The translations under genes were made by a program, and so were the position numbers. From Comamonas serinivorans (lineage in GTDB: Bacteria > Pseudomonadota > Gammaproteobacteria > Burkholderiales > Burkholderiaceae_C): 64,000 nucleotides of DNA. Position 1 is the first letter of the stretch; each line of letters opens with the position of its first letter. The notes under the pieces are model-generated. The model saw nothing but the letters and a program-made list of their open reading frames with translations. It did not search any database and was not told the origin of the DNA. Shown here one piece after another: positions 49,373-59,703 of the stretch. Location of the stretch: assembly GCF_002158865.1 (NCBI RefSeq), contig NZ_CP021455.1, positions 1,096,835 to 1,160,834 on the forward strand. Reading direction: 5' to 3'.

Positions 49373-50305
49373 TCAGTCGTCCACGTCATCGTCGGGTGCA
49401 ACGCCTTGCGCCGCGGCCTGCGGGTAGATGGCCTGCACGCACGCCAGCCAAGCACGGGCGGCGCGCGAGAGGCGACCGCGCCGCCACAACAGGACCACGT
49501 CCCAGGCCAGCTCGGGCTCGATGAGCGGGCGGCTGGCCACGCGGGCGGGGTCGAAGCGCGCGATGACGTGCTCGAACATGACGCCCACGCCCAGGTTGGC
49601 GGCCACGAGGTCGCCGAGGAAATCCCAGTAACGCGTCTGCAGCTTCACCTCGGGCGTGAAGCCGGCTGCGGCGCAGGCGTCGAGCACGGCCTGGTGCAGG
49701 TGAAAGTCGGACGTGTAGAGGACGAAGGGCTGATCGGCCAGCTCGCGCCAGCGCACGGGCTGGTGGGGGTCGGCAACGGCCGCGGCCGGGAAGACCGCGC
49801 GCGTGACCTGGTGGGCGAGCACCCACTGCTGCAGCTCGGGATCGCGTTCGCCCCCGGGCTCGTCCCCCAGGCCCACCGTCATGTCGACCTCGCCGTCGAT
49901 CACCGCCTGACGCAGGCCGCGCGCGCCCAGCTCGGCCACCTGCAGCGTGACGCCCGGATGCAGCCGGGCAAAGCGCGCCAGCACCGGGGCCATGTAGTGG
50001 CCGCTGGTGGGCATGACGCCGACGGTGAGGGTGCCGCGTGCCATGCCGTCGACCTCGGCCACCTCCTGCTGCAGGCGCTGTGCATCGGCCAGCAGCTGCT
50101 GGCCGCGCGCGAACACGACCTGGCCGGCGTCGGTCAGCCGCACGCCACGGCCCTGGCGCACCAGCAGCGGGCCGCCCAGCTCGTCTTCGAGTGCGCGCAC
50201 CATCTTGCTGATGGTGGGCTGGGTGACGAACACGGCCTGGGCAGCGCGCGAGAAGCTGTTGTGGTTGACGACTTCGACGAAGTAGCGGAGCGCGCGCAAG
50301 TCCAT
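49373..50305 (-). CDS. LysR-family transcriptional regulator (CidR-like position)
   Basis: MDLRALRYFVEVVNHNSFSRAAQAVFVTQPTISKMVRALEDELG HTH. Divergent from the lrgAB-like pair. Confidence 0.85.
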   Translation of the reverse strand: MDLRALRYFVEVVNHNSFSRAAQAVFVTQPTISKMVRALEDELGGPLLVRQGRGVRLTDAGQVVFARGQQLLADAQRLQQEVAEVDGMARGTLTVGVMPTSGHYMAPVLARFARLHPGVTLQVAELGARGLRQAVIDGEVDMTVGLGDEPGGERDPELQQWVLAHQVTRAVFPAAAVADPHQPVRWRELADQPFVLYTSDFHLHQAVLDACAAAGFTPEVKLQTRYWDFLGDLVAANLGVGVMFEHVIARFDPARVASRPLIEPELAWDVVLLWRRGRLSRAARAWLACVQAIYPQAAAQGVAPDDDVDD

Positions 50306-50389
50306 GGTGGATCAATCATTCGTAGGGTGAATTGATTTCATGAAAATAAGTCATTTTGAGAATATCAGCGTAAACCCTAGGATGGGGCC

Positions 50390-50899
50390 ATGTCTCAGCC
50401 CCTGCAGAACGCGGACTTGTCGCACACCCACGCCGCACGCGCCGCCAAGGCCGCCCGGGCGCTGACCGGCGTGGTGGCGCAGGTGGCGGTGCTCAGCGCC
50501 ATCTGGGTGGCCATGGAGCAGCTGCGGCTGCTCCTGGGCTGGCGCATGCCGGCGGGCTTGCTGGGCCTGGCGCTGCTGGCCCTGGGCCTGTTCGCAGGCT
50601 GGGTGAAGGCCGATTGGCTGCGGCGGGGCACCAACTGGCTGTTGGCCGACATGCTGCTGTTCTTCGTGCCCGCCATGCTGGTGGTCACCGACTACCCCGA
50701 TCTGGTGCGCGCGCAGGGCTGGCGCATCCTGGCGGTGATCGTGCTGTCCACGGCGTGCGTGCTGGCCGTCACCGCGGTGGCGGTGGACCGGGTGTACCGC
50801 CTGGAGCTGGCGTGGGCGCGCCGCCGGTCCACCCGGCGTGCGCGGCTGAAGGTGCATGGGTATCAGGCTGCATCGATCGATCAACAAACGCAAAGCTGA
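50390..50899 (+). CDS. CidA/LrgA family protein (second copy)
   Basis: Four TM segments. The C-terminal ~14 codons and the stop lie in repeat copy R20. Confidence 0.65.
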   Translation: MSQPLQNADLSHTHAARAAKAARALTGVVAQVAVLSAIWVAMEQLRLLLGWRMPAGLLGLALLALGLFAGWVKADWLRRGTNWLLADMLLFFVPAMLVVTDYPDLVRAQGWRILAVIVLSTACVLAVTAVAVDRVYRLELAWARRRSTRRARLKVHGYQAASIDQQTQS

Positions 50900-50908
50900 A
50901 GTACTGCG
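50858..50908. repeat. nested-palindrome repeat family, copy R20
   Basis: GGGTATCAGG ... CATCGATCGATCAACAAACGCAAAG ... CTGAAGTACTGCG. The interior resembles R21. Overlaps the 3' end of the second lrgA-like gene. Confidence 0.55.
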
Positions 50909-50939
50909 CCATGATGAAACCAAACACCGAGGGCGTGCC

Positions 50940-51644
50940 ATGCTGACCGCCGTGTCCCCGGAAGCGGTCGCCCTGGGCTCGCTGCTGGTCACGGTGGCTT
51001 GCTATGTGCTGAACAAACGCCTCTACCGCGCCTGCCCGCATGTGCTGCTGATGCCGTTGATCGCCACGCCCGCGCTGCTCATCGCGCTGGCCTGTGCGTT
51101 GCAGGTGAGCCATGGGCAGTACATGACCCACACGCACTGGCTGGTCTGGCTGCTGGGCCCCACCACGGTGGCGTTTGCCCTGCCGCTGTACGACCACCGG
51201 CAGGTGCTGGCGCGGCACGGGCTGTCCATCGGCACCGGGGTGGTGGTGGCCAGCGCCGTGTCGATCTGCACCACGGTGTGGCTGGCGCGTTGGCTGGGGC
51301 TGCCGGTGGCGGTGCAAAAAGGCCTGGCTGTGCGCTCGGTCACGACGCCGTTCGCCATCGAGGCCGAGCGCGCACTGGGCGGCCCGACCGACCTGGCCGC
51401 GCTGTTCGTGCTGTTGACGGGGGTGGCCGGCATGTTGCTGGGCGGGTTGGCCCTGCGCGGGCTGCCCCGCGTGCGCGAGCGCCTGGCCGGCGGCGCGGTG
51501 TTGGGCGCGGCGGCCCACGGCACGGGCGTGGCCACGGCGCGCCAGCTGGGCGAGGTGCAGGCGGTGGTCGCGTCGCTGGTGATGATGATCGCCGGGGCGG
51601 TGAACGTGCTGATCGCGCCGTGGGTGCGCCTGGTGTTCTTCTGA
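50940..51644 (+). CDS. LrgB family protein (second copy)
   Basis: KGLAVRSVTTPFAIE....GG...LAALFVLLTG..GM; LGAAAHGTG.A.A. Confidence 0.75.
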   Translation: MLTAVSPEAVALGSLLVTVACYVLNKRLYRACPHVLLMPLIATPALLIALACALQVSHGQYMTHTHWLVWLLGPTTVAFALPLYDHRQVLARHGLSIGTGVVVASAVSICTTVWLARWLGLPVAVQKGLAVRSVTTPFAIEAERALGGPTDLAALFVLLTGVAGMLLGGLALRGLPRVRERLAGGAVLGAAAHGTGVATARQLGEVQAVVASLVMMIAGAVNVLIAPWVRLVFF

Positions 51645-51770
51645 CCCGTGTCGGCGTCGGCGCGATGCCGGCAGAGGTGACCGGCAGCTGGCTTTGGCAG
51701 CTTCGCGCTCGACACGGCGGCATGCGCCCCCCCAAAATGTTGTCGTTTGTAACGAAGCGAGGAGGCCGAC

Positions 51771-52634
51771 ATGGGCAACAGGGCATGCGCAAGCGGGGGC
51801 CGGTGCGGCGTGTTGGTCATCGGCGCCTGGCTGGCGGGCAGTGCCGCGGCGGCGGTGGTCACCACGCCGGCCGGGGTGCTGGTGGGGCCGGCCGGCGATG
51901 CGCCGGTGGCCGAGGTCTGGCAGCGCACCAACGTGCGCGTCGGGTCGTCGGCGGGCATCACGGCGGACTACCCGAACGCCAGCACGGCGTCGGGCCTGTT
52001 GACCTCGGACAGCGTGAACGGCAAGGCCGACTGGCAGTACCTGGCCGCCACCCCCTTGGGCCCCCTGAGCAGCTTCCGCTCGGCCACCTACCAGTGGTAC
52101 CGCGACGGCGCCAGCACCGTGGCGGGGCATTTCAGCCCGTTGCTGCGCATGCTGGTCGATGTGGATGGCAACCCGGCCACCACAGACCTGGCCTGGGTCA
52201 TTTACGAACGCGGCGCCATCGATGCCGTGACCCCGGTGCCAACCGACACCTGGGTCACCGAAACCATCGACGGCGACACGCGGGTGTGGGTGCATCAGGT
52301 GGGCTCGACCAACAACCAGGTGCCCTACACGCGGATGGCGGACTTCGCCGCCGGCACGCATGTGCCCGAAGCCGGCGGCACCCAGATCACGGGCGCCAGC
52401 CTGATCCTGGGCTTGCAGGCGGGCATCGGCTCGGGCTGGGACGGCGTGTTTCGCGGCGCGGTCGACCACATCGGCCTGGTGGCCCAGCGCAGCCTGGGGC
52501 CGGACAACTTCGAGCTGGCGCCCCCACCGCCGAGTCCCGCGCCCGCGGCCGTGCCGGCCGCATCGTGGTGGAGCCTGCTGGGACTGGGCAGCCTGCTGGT
52601 CTGCTGGGGCGCGTGGCGCCGCCGCAGGGCTTGA
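51771..52634 (+). CDS. secreted protein with IPTL-/PEP-CTERM-like C-terminal sorting tail
   Basis: RBS GAGGAGG, signal peptide, and a C-terminus of VPAASWWSLLGLGSLLVCWGAWRRRRA (short motif + TM + Arg cluster). Confidence 0.55.
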   Translation: MGNRACASGGRCGVLVIGAWLAGSAAAAVVTTPAGVLVGPAGDAPVAEVWQRTNVRVGSSAGITADYPNASTASGLLTSDSVNGKADWQYLAATPLGPLSSFRSATYQWYRDGASTVAGHFSPLLRMLVDVDGNPATTDLAWVIYERGAIDAVTPVPTDTWVTETIDGDTRVWVHQVGSTNNQVPYTRMADFAAGTHVPEAGGTQITGASLILGLQAGIGSGWDGVFRGAVDHIGLVAQRSLGPDNFELAPPPPSPAPAAVPAASWWSLLGLGSLLVCWGAWRRRRA

Positions 52635-52901
52635 TGCACACGGGCTTGGCGTGGCTGGACGATGGCCTGGCCCACCAAGCCGCGCAGGACCTGGCCTCGG
52701 GCGGCGCGGCGTGCGCCCGCGCGCTCGCGTTGGTTCGGCCTCGCGTCCAACCGCCTGGTGCCCGCAGCACCCACCGCACGGCGGGCACAGGCCCGGCGAA
52801 AGCCTGGCCGGATCGGCACGGGAGCCGGCCGCGGCCGCACGCATACCCGTGAAGGCTGGATGAGGGCTGCATTCACTCCCGGGCGTCGTGACCGCCCGGG
52901 C

Positions 52902-53345
52902 TCACGCCAGGTACTGCGCGGCGAACTCGGCGCTGGGGGCAATGGGCGTGATCACGTCGATCAGCGTGCCCTCGGGCCCCTGGGCGATGAAGTGGCGCTG
53001 GCCAAAGGCCTCGCTGCGCAGCGGCAGCAGGATGGGCAGCACCTCGCGCAGGCGCGCCCACTCGGCGTCCACGTCCGCCACCTCCAGGTTCAGCAGCAGG
53101 CCGTGCGCCCGGGCGCCGCGCTGGGCTGCGGGCACGGTGTCGTGGCTGGCGTCCAGCACGGCCAGGTTGGCCTGAGGATTGCCCGCGGACTGCAGGTGCA
53201 CGTACCAGCTGCTCTCGAACAGGGCCTGAAAGTCGAAGTGGGTGCGGAAGAAGGTGGCGGTCTGCGCCACGTGGGCGGTCATCAGCACCGGGTAGAACGA
53301 GCGGATGGGCGACGCGGTGACAGGGCTGGCAGCAGGGGAGGGCAT
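52902..53345 (-). CDS. VOC/glyoxalase-family protein
   Basis: ~147 aa with a beta-alpha-beta-beta-beta-type pattern. Divergent from the TetR gene. Start at MPSPAAS. Confidence 0.55.
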   Translation of the reverse strand: MPSPAASPVTASPIRSFYPVLMTAHVAQTATFFRTHFDFQALFESSWYVHLQSAGNPQANLAVLDASHDTVPAAQRGARAHGLLLNLEVADVDAEWARLREVLPILLPLRSEAFGQRHFIAQGPEGTLIDVITPIAPSAEFAAQYLA

Positions 53346-53357
53346 GGCGATTCCTTC

Positions 53358-53403
53358 AAAACATACAATCTGCATGTCTAAAGATTAAAACATACAGGCT
53401 GCA
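53358..53403. promoter_or_regulatory. probable TetR operator pair in divergent VOC/TetR intergenic region
   Basis: AAAACATACAATCTGCATGT (contains the imperfect palindrome ACATACA-ATC-TGCATGT) and AAAACATACAGGCTGCA are repeated 29 bp apart in an AT-rich 61-bp gap. Confidence 0.5.
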
Positions 53404-53406
53404 CGC

Positions 53407-54000
53407 ATGCAAGACAAGCCCACCCGAACCAACGCCGAACGCACGCAGGCCACGCGCGGTGCCCTCCTCACCGCGGCCCGCGCGCTGTTTGTGCAGCGCG
53501 GGTATGCCGACACCAGCACGCCCGAGATCGTGGCCGCCGCCGAGGTCACGCGCGGCGCGCTGTACCACCACTTCGCGGACAAGCGGGCGCTGTTCCTGGC
53601 CGTGGCGCAGGCTTCGGCGTTCGAGGTGGCCGAGGCCGTGGCGCACGCGAGCGACGGGGCCCCCGATGCCGTGCAGGCCCTGAACCGGGGCGCGCAGGCC
53701 TACCTGCAAGCCATGGCCGAGGCCGGGCGCGCGCGCGTGCTGCTCGTCGAGGCGCCGGCGGTGCTGTCGGCACCCGAGCTGCTGGCCCTGAGCGACCAGG
53801 CGGGTGCCCAGGCCTTGGCGCAGGGCCTGGGCGAGTTGTTTGGCGAGCGGGGCGTGGCGGTGCCCGCCGACGAACTGCATGCGCTGGCCCAGCTGTTGTC
53901 GGCCGCGTTCGACCGCATGGCCCTGGCGCTGGCGCGGGGCGAGGCGGTCGAACCCTATGCGGCCGCCATGCAGCGCCTGCTGGCGGGCTTGGCGGGCTGA
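53407..54000 (+). CDS. TetR/AcrR-family transcriptional regulator
   Basis: TRGALLTAARALFVQRGYADTSTPEIVAAAEVTRGALYHHFADKRALF is the canonical TetR HTH. Confidence 0.8.
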   Translation: MQDKPTRTNAERTQATRGALLTAARALFVQRGYADTSTPEIVAAAEVTRGALYHHFADKRALFLAVAQASAFEVAEAVAHASDGAPDAVQALNRGAQAYLQAMAEAGRARVLLVEAPAVLSAPELLALSDQAGAQALAQGLGELFGERGVAVPADELHALAQLLSAAFDRMALALARGEAVEPYAAAMQRLLAGLAG

Positions 54001-54056
54001 GGAAGGCCTTTGGCGCGGGGCCGCTGCAGAAGCCGTGCTGCGCCGTTGTGGAGGAT

Positions 54057-54106
54057 GAGTATCAGCCCATTGCCGTTCATCAACAAACGGTGATGGGGTG
54101 ATACGG
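54057..54106. repeat. nested-palindrome repeat family, copy R21
   Basis: GAGTATCAGCCCA ... TTGCCGTT-CATCAACA-AACGGTGA ... TGGGGTGATACGG. Confidence 0.85.
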
Positions 54107-54127
54107 TCTGAAAATGGTTGAGGCCTG

Positions 54128-55264
54128 TCAAACGCCCATCTGGTCGAGTGCGGCCTGAAGCTGTGCCACGCTGCGGTCCACGTTGCCCCACTTGTCCAGG
54201 CCGAACAACCCGAGGCGGAAGGTCCGGAAGTCCGGCCCTTCGCCGCATTGCAGCGGCACGCCGGCGGCGGCCTGAACGCCCACGGCTGCGAACTTGCGCG
54301 TGTTCTGGATGTCCGGGTCGCTGGTGTAGCTCACCACCACGCCGGGCGACTGGAAGCCCGCGGCTGCCACGCTGGGGAAGCCGCGTGATTCGAGCAGGGC
54401 CCGCACCTGCGTGCCCAGCGCGATCTGCTGGTCGCGCAGCGTGGCCAGGCCGCGGTCGCGCGCTTCGAGCATGGTGTCGCGCACCTGGGCCAGTGCATCC
54501 GTGGGCATGGTGGTGTGGTAGGCGTGCTGGCCATTCACATAGCCTTCGGCGATCTGCAGCCACTTCTTCAGATCGCAGGCAAAGCTGGAACTGGTGGTGC
54601 CGTCGATGGCGGCGCGGGCACGCTCGTTCAGCATGACGAAGGCGCCGCAGGGCGAGGCGCTCCAGCCCTTTTGCGGGGCGCTGATGAGCACGTCGACGCC
54701 GGTTGCCGCCATGTCCACCCAGATCGCGCCCGAGGCGATGCAGTCCAGCACGAACAGCGCACCCACCTCGTGCGCGGCGTCGGCCACCGTGCGCAGGTAG
54801 TCGTCGGGCAGCAGGATGCCGCTGGCGGTTTCGCAATGCGGGGCGAACACGACCTTGGGCTTTTCGGCGCGGATGGTGGCCGCCACCTCGTCCGCCGGCA
54901 TGGGTGTCCAGGGCGCCTGCGGGCCGCTGCCGACCTGGCGGGCCGCGCAGACGGTGGCGCCGCCATTCAGGCCGAAATGGCCCATGTCGAAGATCTGCGA
55001 CCAGCGGAAGCTGAAGAAGCCGTTGCGCACGATGAGCACCTTTTCGCCGTTGGCGAACTGGCGGGCCACGGCCTCCATGCCGAAGGTGCCGCTGCCGGGC
55101 ACGATGGCTGCGGTGTGGGCGTTGTAGGTGGTCTTCAGCGTGGCCAGGATGTCCTGCATGACGCCGATGAAGCGCTGGGACATGTGGTTGAGCGCGCGGT
55201 CGGTGTACACGACCGAGAACTCGAGCAGGCCATCGGGGTCGACGTGGGGCAGCAGGGCGGGCAT
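54128..55264 (-). CDS. class-V aminotransferase (serine-pyruvate/alanine-glyoxylate type)
   Basis: VPGSGTFGMEA, H.ETASG, D.IAS.G and SAPQKGW (PLP lysine region). Confidence 0.8.
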   Translation of the reverse strand: MPALLPHVDPDGLLEFSVVYTDRALNHMSQRFIGVMQDILATLKTTYNAHTAAIVPGSGTFGMEAVARQFANGEKVLIVRNGFFSFRWSQIFDMGHFGLNGGATVCAARQVGSGPQAPWTPMPADEVAATIRAEKPKVVFAPHCETASGILLPDDYLRTVADAAHEVGALFVLDCIASGAIWVDMAATGVDVLISAPQKGWSASPCGAFVMLNERARAAIDGTTSSSFACDLKKWLQIAEGYVNGQHAYHTTMPTDALAQVRDTMLEARDRGLATLRDQQIALGTQVRALLESRGFPSVAAAGFQSPGVVVSYTSDPDIQNTRKFAAVGVQAAAGVPLQCGEGPDFRTFRLGLFGLDKWGNVDRSVAQLQAALDQMGV

Positions 55265-55706
55265 GGGGGTCTCCGGGTGTGGGGTGGGCAATCGGCGTGC
55301 GGACGGTGCGACCGTGCGCGGTCTGCGCCGCAGGGCGCGCGGTGCGGGAACCTGGGGCCACCGGTTGGTGGCAGCGGCCCGATTCTAGGGCGTGCCTTCA
55401 GGTGCAGCGGCGGCCCGGCTGGGCGGGTTGGGCGGCATGGCTGCGGGCGGGTGCCGCTGTGCAAGGCATCGCCCGGGCGGTCGAGGCATCTTGGCCAGAG
55501 ATGGGTCGGGGCGGTCAGGTCGCGGCGGCTGAGCGATGGCGCCACGCTGGCGATGCTGCACGCCTTTTTCCGTCTCACCTGGGCTGTGCGCGGCCCGACG
55601 TGCTTGCCGCCATGGCGTTCAGCGTGGTGGGCCATTTCGCATCGCCGGCATCGGCGGTATGGGTGGGACGTGTGTGGCGTGAATGGCCAGTTCTGAGGTT
55701 TTGATG

Positions 55707-55758
55707 TGAGTATGGCCTCATTCCCGTTGTTCATTGAACGGGAACGAGGCCATACTCA
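55707..55758. repeat. nested-palindrome repeat family, copy R22 (most regular copy)
   Basis: TGAGTATGGCCTC / GAGGCCATACTCA perfect 13-bp outer arms. Inner TTCCCGTT-GTTCATTG-AACGGGAA is a perfect 8 bp. Confidence 0.9.
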
Positions 55759-55796
55759 TGTGCCATGATTCGCGCCACGCGTCAGCGCGCCGCTGC

Positions 55797-57044
55797 TTAC
55801 AGCCCGGTTTCCAGCGCCAGCAGGTCGTCCACGGTCTGGCGGCGGCGAATCAGCCGCGCCTGGCCGCCATCGACCAGCACCTCGGCCGCCAGCGGGCGCG
55901 TGTTGTAGTTGCTGGACATGCTGGCGCCATACGCGCCGGTGTCGTGAATCACCAGCAAGTCGCCGACCTGCGCGGCCGGCAGCATGCGCGGCAGCACCAC
56001 GCCGCCTTCGCCCTGGGTGAACACGTCCCCCGATTCGCACAGCGGGCCCGCCACCACGCTGGCCACCTCGGCGGCCTGGCTGCCATCCCGGCGCAGCAGG
56101 CCCATGGCGTGGTAGCTGCCGTACATGGAGGGGCGCATCAGTTCGTTGAAGCCCGTGTCGACCAGCACGAAATGCGAGCGGCCCTGGTTCTTGACGGCGC
56201 GCACCTGGCCCAGCAGCACGCCCGATTCGGCCACGAGGAAACGGCCGGGCTCGATCTCCAGGTGCAGGGCATGGCCCACGATGGCCTCGGCCTGCTGACG
56301 CGCGGCATGCCACAGGCTGAAGTAGTGCGCGGTGTCGATGCGATCGCCCCCCGCCTGGTAGGGGATGGACAGCCCGCCGCCGGCCGACAGGGCCTGCAGG
56401 TCCATGCCCGCGGCGCGGGTTTGCTCGACCAGGCCGACCATGGCGCCGCAGACGTTCTGCAGGTGGGCGTAGTCCACGCCCGAGCCGATGTGCATGTGCA
56501 GGCCGACCAGCGTCAAGCCATTGCGCTGCACGGCGGCCAGGGCCGCGGCCAGGTCGCCGTGCCAGATGCCGTGCTTGCTGTGCTCGCCGCCGGTGTTGGT
56601 CTTGTTGCTGTGGCCGTGGCCGAAGCCGGGGTTGATGCGCAGCCACACGGCATGGCCGGGCGAGGCCGCGCCGAGCTGGTCCAGCATGTCGATGGAGCCG
56701 GCGTTCACGGGCACGCGGTGTTCGACCACGGTGGCGAGCGTGGCCGGGTCGAACACGTCGGCCGTGAAGACGATGGGGGCGGGCTCGTCAAACCCGGGCT
56801 GGTAGCCGGCGGCCAGCGCGCGCAGGATCTCGCCGCGCGAGACGGCATCGACCCGGACGCCGCGCTCGCGCATCAGCGACAGGATGTGGATGTTGGAGCA
56901 GGCTTTTTGCGCAAAGCGCACGGTGTCGAAGGCCTGCAGCTGGGCGATGCGCTCGCGGATGGTGGCGGCGTCATACACCCACAGCGGGGTGCCGAACTCG
57001 TCGGCCAGGGCCCAGAGCTGGGCGGCAGAAAAAGGATTGGACAT
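55797..57044 (-). CDS. lysA: diaminopimelate decarboxylase
   Basis: FGTPLWVYD, FAQKACSN, HIGSG, GGGL.IPY, EPGR.LVA, and CESGD with a downstream D.GAY. Confidence 0.9.
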   Translation of the reverse strand: MSNPFSAAQLWALADEFGTPLWVYDAATIRERIAQLQAFDTVRFAQKACSNIHILSLMRERGVRVDAVSRGEILRALAAGYQPGFDEPAPIVFTADVFDPATLATVVEHRVPVNAGSIDMLDQLGAASPGHAVWLRINPGFGHGHSNKTNTGGEHSKHGIWHGDLAAALAAVQRNGLTLVGLHMHIGSGVDYAHLQNVCGAMVGLVEQTRAAGMDLQALSAGGGLSIPYQAGGDRIDTAHYFSLWHAARQQAEAIVGHALHLEIEPGRFLVAESGVLLGQVRAVKNQGRSHFVLVDTGFNELMRPSMYGSYHAMGLLRRDGSQAAEVASVVAGPLCESGDVFTQGEGGVVLPRMLPAAQVGDLLVIHDTGAYGASMSSNYNTRPLAAEVLVDGGQARLIRRRQTVDDLLALETGL

Positions 57045-57232
57045 GGGCAGGTGGCGTGGCGTCGGCCGGTGCAAGGCTGCGTGGCCGGTGAACCCGCGAT
57101 TGTCGCCGCAACGGCGCCAGGGGGCGCCGTGCGGGTGTGTCATTGAGGCGATGCAACAGGCGCCGGTGGCCTGCAGGCCATGGGCGGCATCGGCGGCCTT
57201 GCGCCGTGCGGGCTTGCCTGGGTGTCAGCCCC

Positions 57233-58801
57233 TTATCCGTTGTCGTCGCCGCCCTCGGGCAGGCGCTCGATCCGCACGGTCTTGATGCGCTGGGGATCCA
57301 CCTCGTCCACCGTGAACGCGTAGCCCTGGTGAACCGTGCTGGCGCCGCGCGCGGGCAGCTCACCAAACACGCGCAGCAGGTAGCCGGCCAGCGAATAGGC
57401 CTCGCTGCCCTGCACCAGGCCGTCCACGCCGAGGGTGCTTTCCAGCTGGTGCAGGTCAGCCGTGCCGGCCACGCGCCAGCGCCCGTCGCCGGCCGGCTGG
57501 ATCTCCAGCTGTTCGTCCTCGTCGGGGAATTCGCCGGCAATCGCTTCCAGCACGTCGATGGGGGTGACGATGCCCTTGAGGGTGCCGTCCTCGTCGTTGA
57601 CCAGCACCAGTTGGCCCTTGGCGCTTCGCAACACGCCGATCACGTCGATGACCAGCATGGATTCGGGCACGAACACGGGCTGGCGCAGGTAGCCGTTGGG
57701 CTCCAGCCGGCCCCTCTCTTCGATGGCGCCGAGCAGGTCCTTGGCGCGGGCCACGCCCAGCACCTGGTCCAGCGAGCCCTGGCACACCGGGTACATGCCG
57801 TGCGGCGCGGCCAGCAGCTTGCGTCGGTTCACGGCGCCATCGTCATCGACGTCCACCCACGAGATGTTGGAGCGCAAGGTCATGATGGAGCGCACGTTGC
57901 GCTCGGCCAGGCGCAGCACGCCGCCCACCATGTGGCGCTCTTCGGCCGCGAAGGCCGGTTCCGGGGCATCCGGCTCGGCTCCGCCACCCGCGGTGGCCGC
58001 CTGGGTGGCCTGCGCCGTCGTGCGGTGCCCCAACAGGCTCAGCACGCGCTCGGCCGTGCGTTGGCGCAGTGGCAGGCGCGCCTCGTGCTTGGCCGCGTTG
58101 CGGTTGGCCAGCTGGTTGAAGAACTCGATCAGGATGGAGAAACCGATCGCCGCGTACAGGTAGCCCTTGGGCAGGTGGAAGCCCAGGCCCTCGGCCACCA
58201 GCGACAAGCCGATCATGAGCAGGAAGCTCAGGCACAGCACGACGACGGTGGGGTGCGCGTTGACGAAGCGCGTGAGCGGCTTGGAGGCCAGCAGCATCAC
58301 GCCGATGGAGATGACCACGGCGGCCATCATCACGGGCAGCTGGTCCACCATGCCGACGGCGGTGATCACGGCGTCGAGCGAGAACACCGCGTCGAGCACC
58401 ACGATCTGCGCCACCACGAGCGAGAAGCTCGAGTAGGCGACTGTGGCGGTGGCCTGGTGCTGCACGCCTTCCAGCCGCTCGTGCAACTCCGAGGTGGCCT
58501 TGAACAGCAGGAACAGGCCGCCAAAGAGCAGGATCAGGTCGCGTCCCGAGAACGGATGGCCGAACACGTGGAACAGCGGTGACGTGAGCGTCACCAGCCA
58601 GGAGATCACCGACAGCAGGCCCAGGCGCATGATCAGCGCGAGGCTCAGTCCGATCACGCGGGCGCGGTCACGCTGGTGCGGCGGCAGCTTCTCGGCCAGG
58701 ATGGCGATGAAGATCAGGTTGTCGATGCCCAGGACGATTTCCAGGACGACGAGCGTGGCCAGGCCGACCCAGACGGCCGGGTCGGTCAGTAATTCAAGCA
58801 T
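57233..58801 (-). CDS. TerC-family membrane protein with CBS pair and CorC/HlyC C-terminal domain
   Basis: [16 protein letters not shown].. TerC motifs, then CBS domains and a transporter-associated C-terminal domain. Confidence 0.85.
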   Translation of the reverse strand: MLELLTDPAVWVGLATLVVLEIVLGIDNLIFIAILAEKLPPHQRDRARVIGLSLALIMRLGLLSVISWLVTLTSPLFHVFGHPFSGRDLILLFGGLFLLFKATSELHERLEGVQHQATATVAYSSFSLVVAQIVVLDAVFSLDAVITAVGMVDQLPVMMAAVVISIGVMLLASKPLTRFVNAHPTVVVLCLSFLLMIGLSLVAEGLGFHLPKGYLYAAIGFSILIEFFNQLANRNAAKHEARLPLRQRTAERVLSLLGHRTTAQATQAATAGGGAEPDAPEPAFAAEERHMVGGVLRLAERNVRSIMTLRSNISWVDVDDDGAVNRRKLLAAPHGMYPVCQGSLDQVLGVARAKDLLGAIEERGRLEPNGYLRQPVFVPESMLVIDVIGVLRSAKGQLVLVNDEDGTLKGIVTPIDVLEAIAGEFPDEDEQLEIQPAGDGRWRVAGTADLHQLESTLGVDGLVQGSEAYSLAGYLLRVFGELPARGASTVHQGYAFTVDEVDPQRIKTVRIERLPEGGDDNG

Positions 58802-59112
58802 GGTGGGGATGGGTTAGGCGCGAGACCGGCCAGGCCGGCAAGGGCTGCCGGCAGCGGTGCGCACAAGAAGATGGGGGACGACCAGCACGGGATGCTGGCG
58901 GGTGGTGTCGAGCAAGGCCGTCGACTGGGGGGCTCGGCGTCGCTTGACGCAGAAGGAGAGTCCATGCGCAAAATTTTATCGGGGCCTCGAATGTCCCCGA
59001 GAGGCCCGGGCCGAAGGGGGCTTTAGCGGGCCGCCGAAGGCTGGTGCCATCGACCGGATGTCCGACAGGCATGGTCGGTCCTTCTATGCTTGGCCGTTTG
59101 AGCGGATCTCGC

Positions 59113-59703
59113 ATGCACCTTTTTCCACCGGCACACCCCTTGCTCACGCCGCGGCTGCAACTGCGGCGTTTTCGCGACACCGACTTCGCCGCGTATGCCG
59201 CCTACCACGGTGACCCGCAGGTGTACCGCTTTCTGTACCAGGCCGCACCCGAGGCCGACCGGCTGGGAACGCAGTTCGCCGAGGTGTTGCGCGCACCGTT
59301 CGACGGCGATGGGCACGCCTTGCGCCTGGCGGCCGTGCGCCAGGCCGATGAGGCCGTTGTCGGTGAGGTGCTGCTCAAGATCGCCAGCCTCGCGGCCTTG
59401 CAGCTGGAGGTGGGCTACATCTTCAACCCGCGCTTTGGCGGCCAGGGCTATGCGACTGAGGCGGTGCGCGCCCTGCTGAATTGGGGCTTCGAGGGCATGG
59501 GCGCCCACCGGATCTTTGCGCGGCTGGATGCGCTCAACACGGCCTCTGTCAAGGTGGTGGAGCGCCTGGGCATGCGCCGGGAAGCCCACTTGATCCAGAA
59601 CGACCGGTTCAACGGTGTCTGGGGAGACGAGTACATCCATGCGTTGTTGCGGTCCGAGTGGCCGCAGGTGGCTGTGTGCCCTGGCCAGGGCCCAGCAGGA
59701 TGA
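59113..59703 (+). CDS. GNAT-family N-acetyltransferase (RimJ/RimL-like)
   Basis: T.RL.LRRF...D......Y..DP.V..F; VGY.F.P.F.GQGYATEA..A.L..GF......HRI.A......N..S..V.E.LGM..E. Confidence 0.75.
   Translation: MHLFPPAHPLLTPRLQLRRFRDTDFAAYAAYHGDPQVYRFLYQAAPEADRLGTQFAEVLRAPFDGDGHALRLAAVRQADEAVVGEVLLKIASLAALQLEVGYIFNPRFGGQGYATEAVRALLNWGFEGMGAHRIFARLDALNTASVKVVERLGMRREAHLIQNDRFNGVWGDEYIHALLRSEWPQVAVCPGQGPAG

Noticed and set aside
58802-59050. yybP-ykoY (Mn2+) riboswitch upstream of the TerC-family gene
   Set aside because: TerC/Alx genes often carry this riboswitch. However, the minus-strand leader lacks the conserved GGGGAGUAG and UUGACAUA cores. Only an AT-rich promoter-like patch (GATAAAATTTT) is evident.
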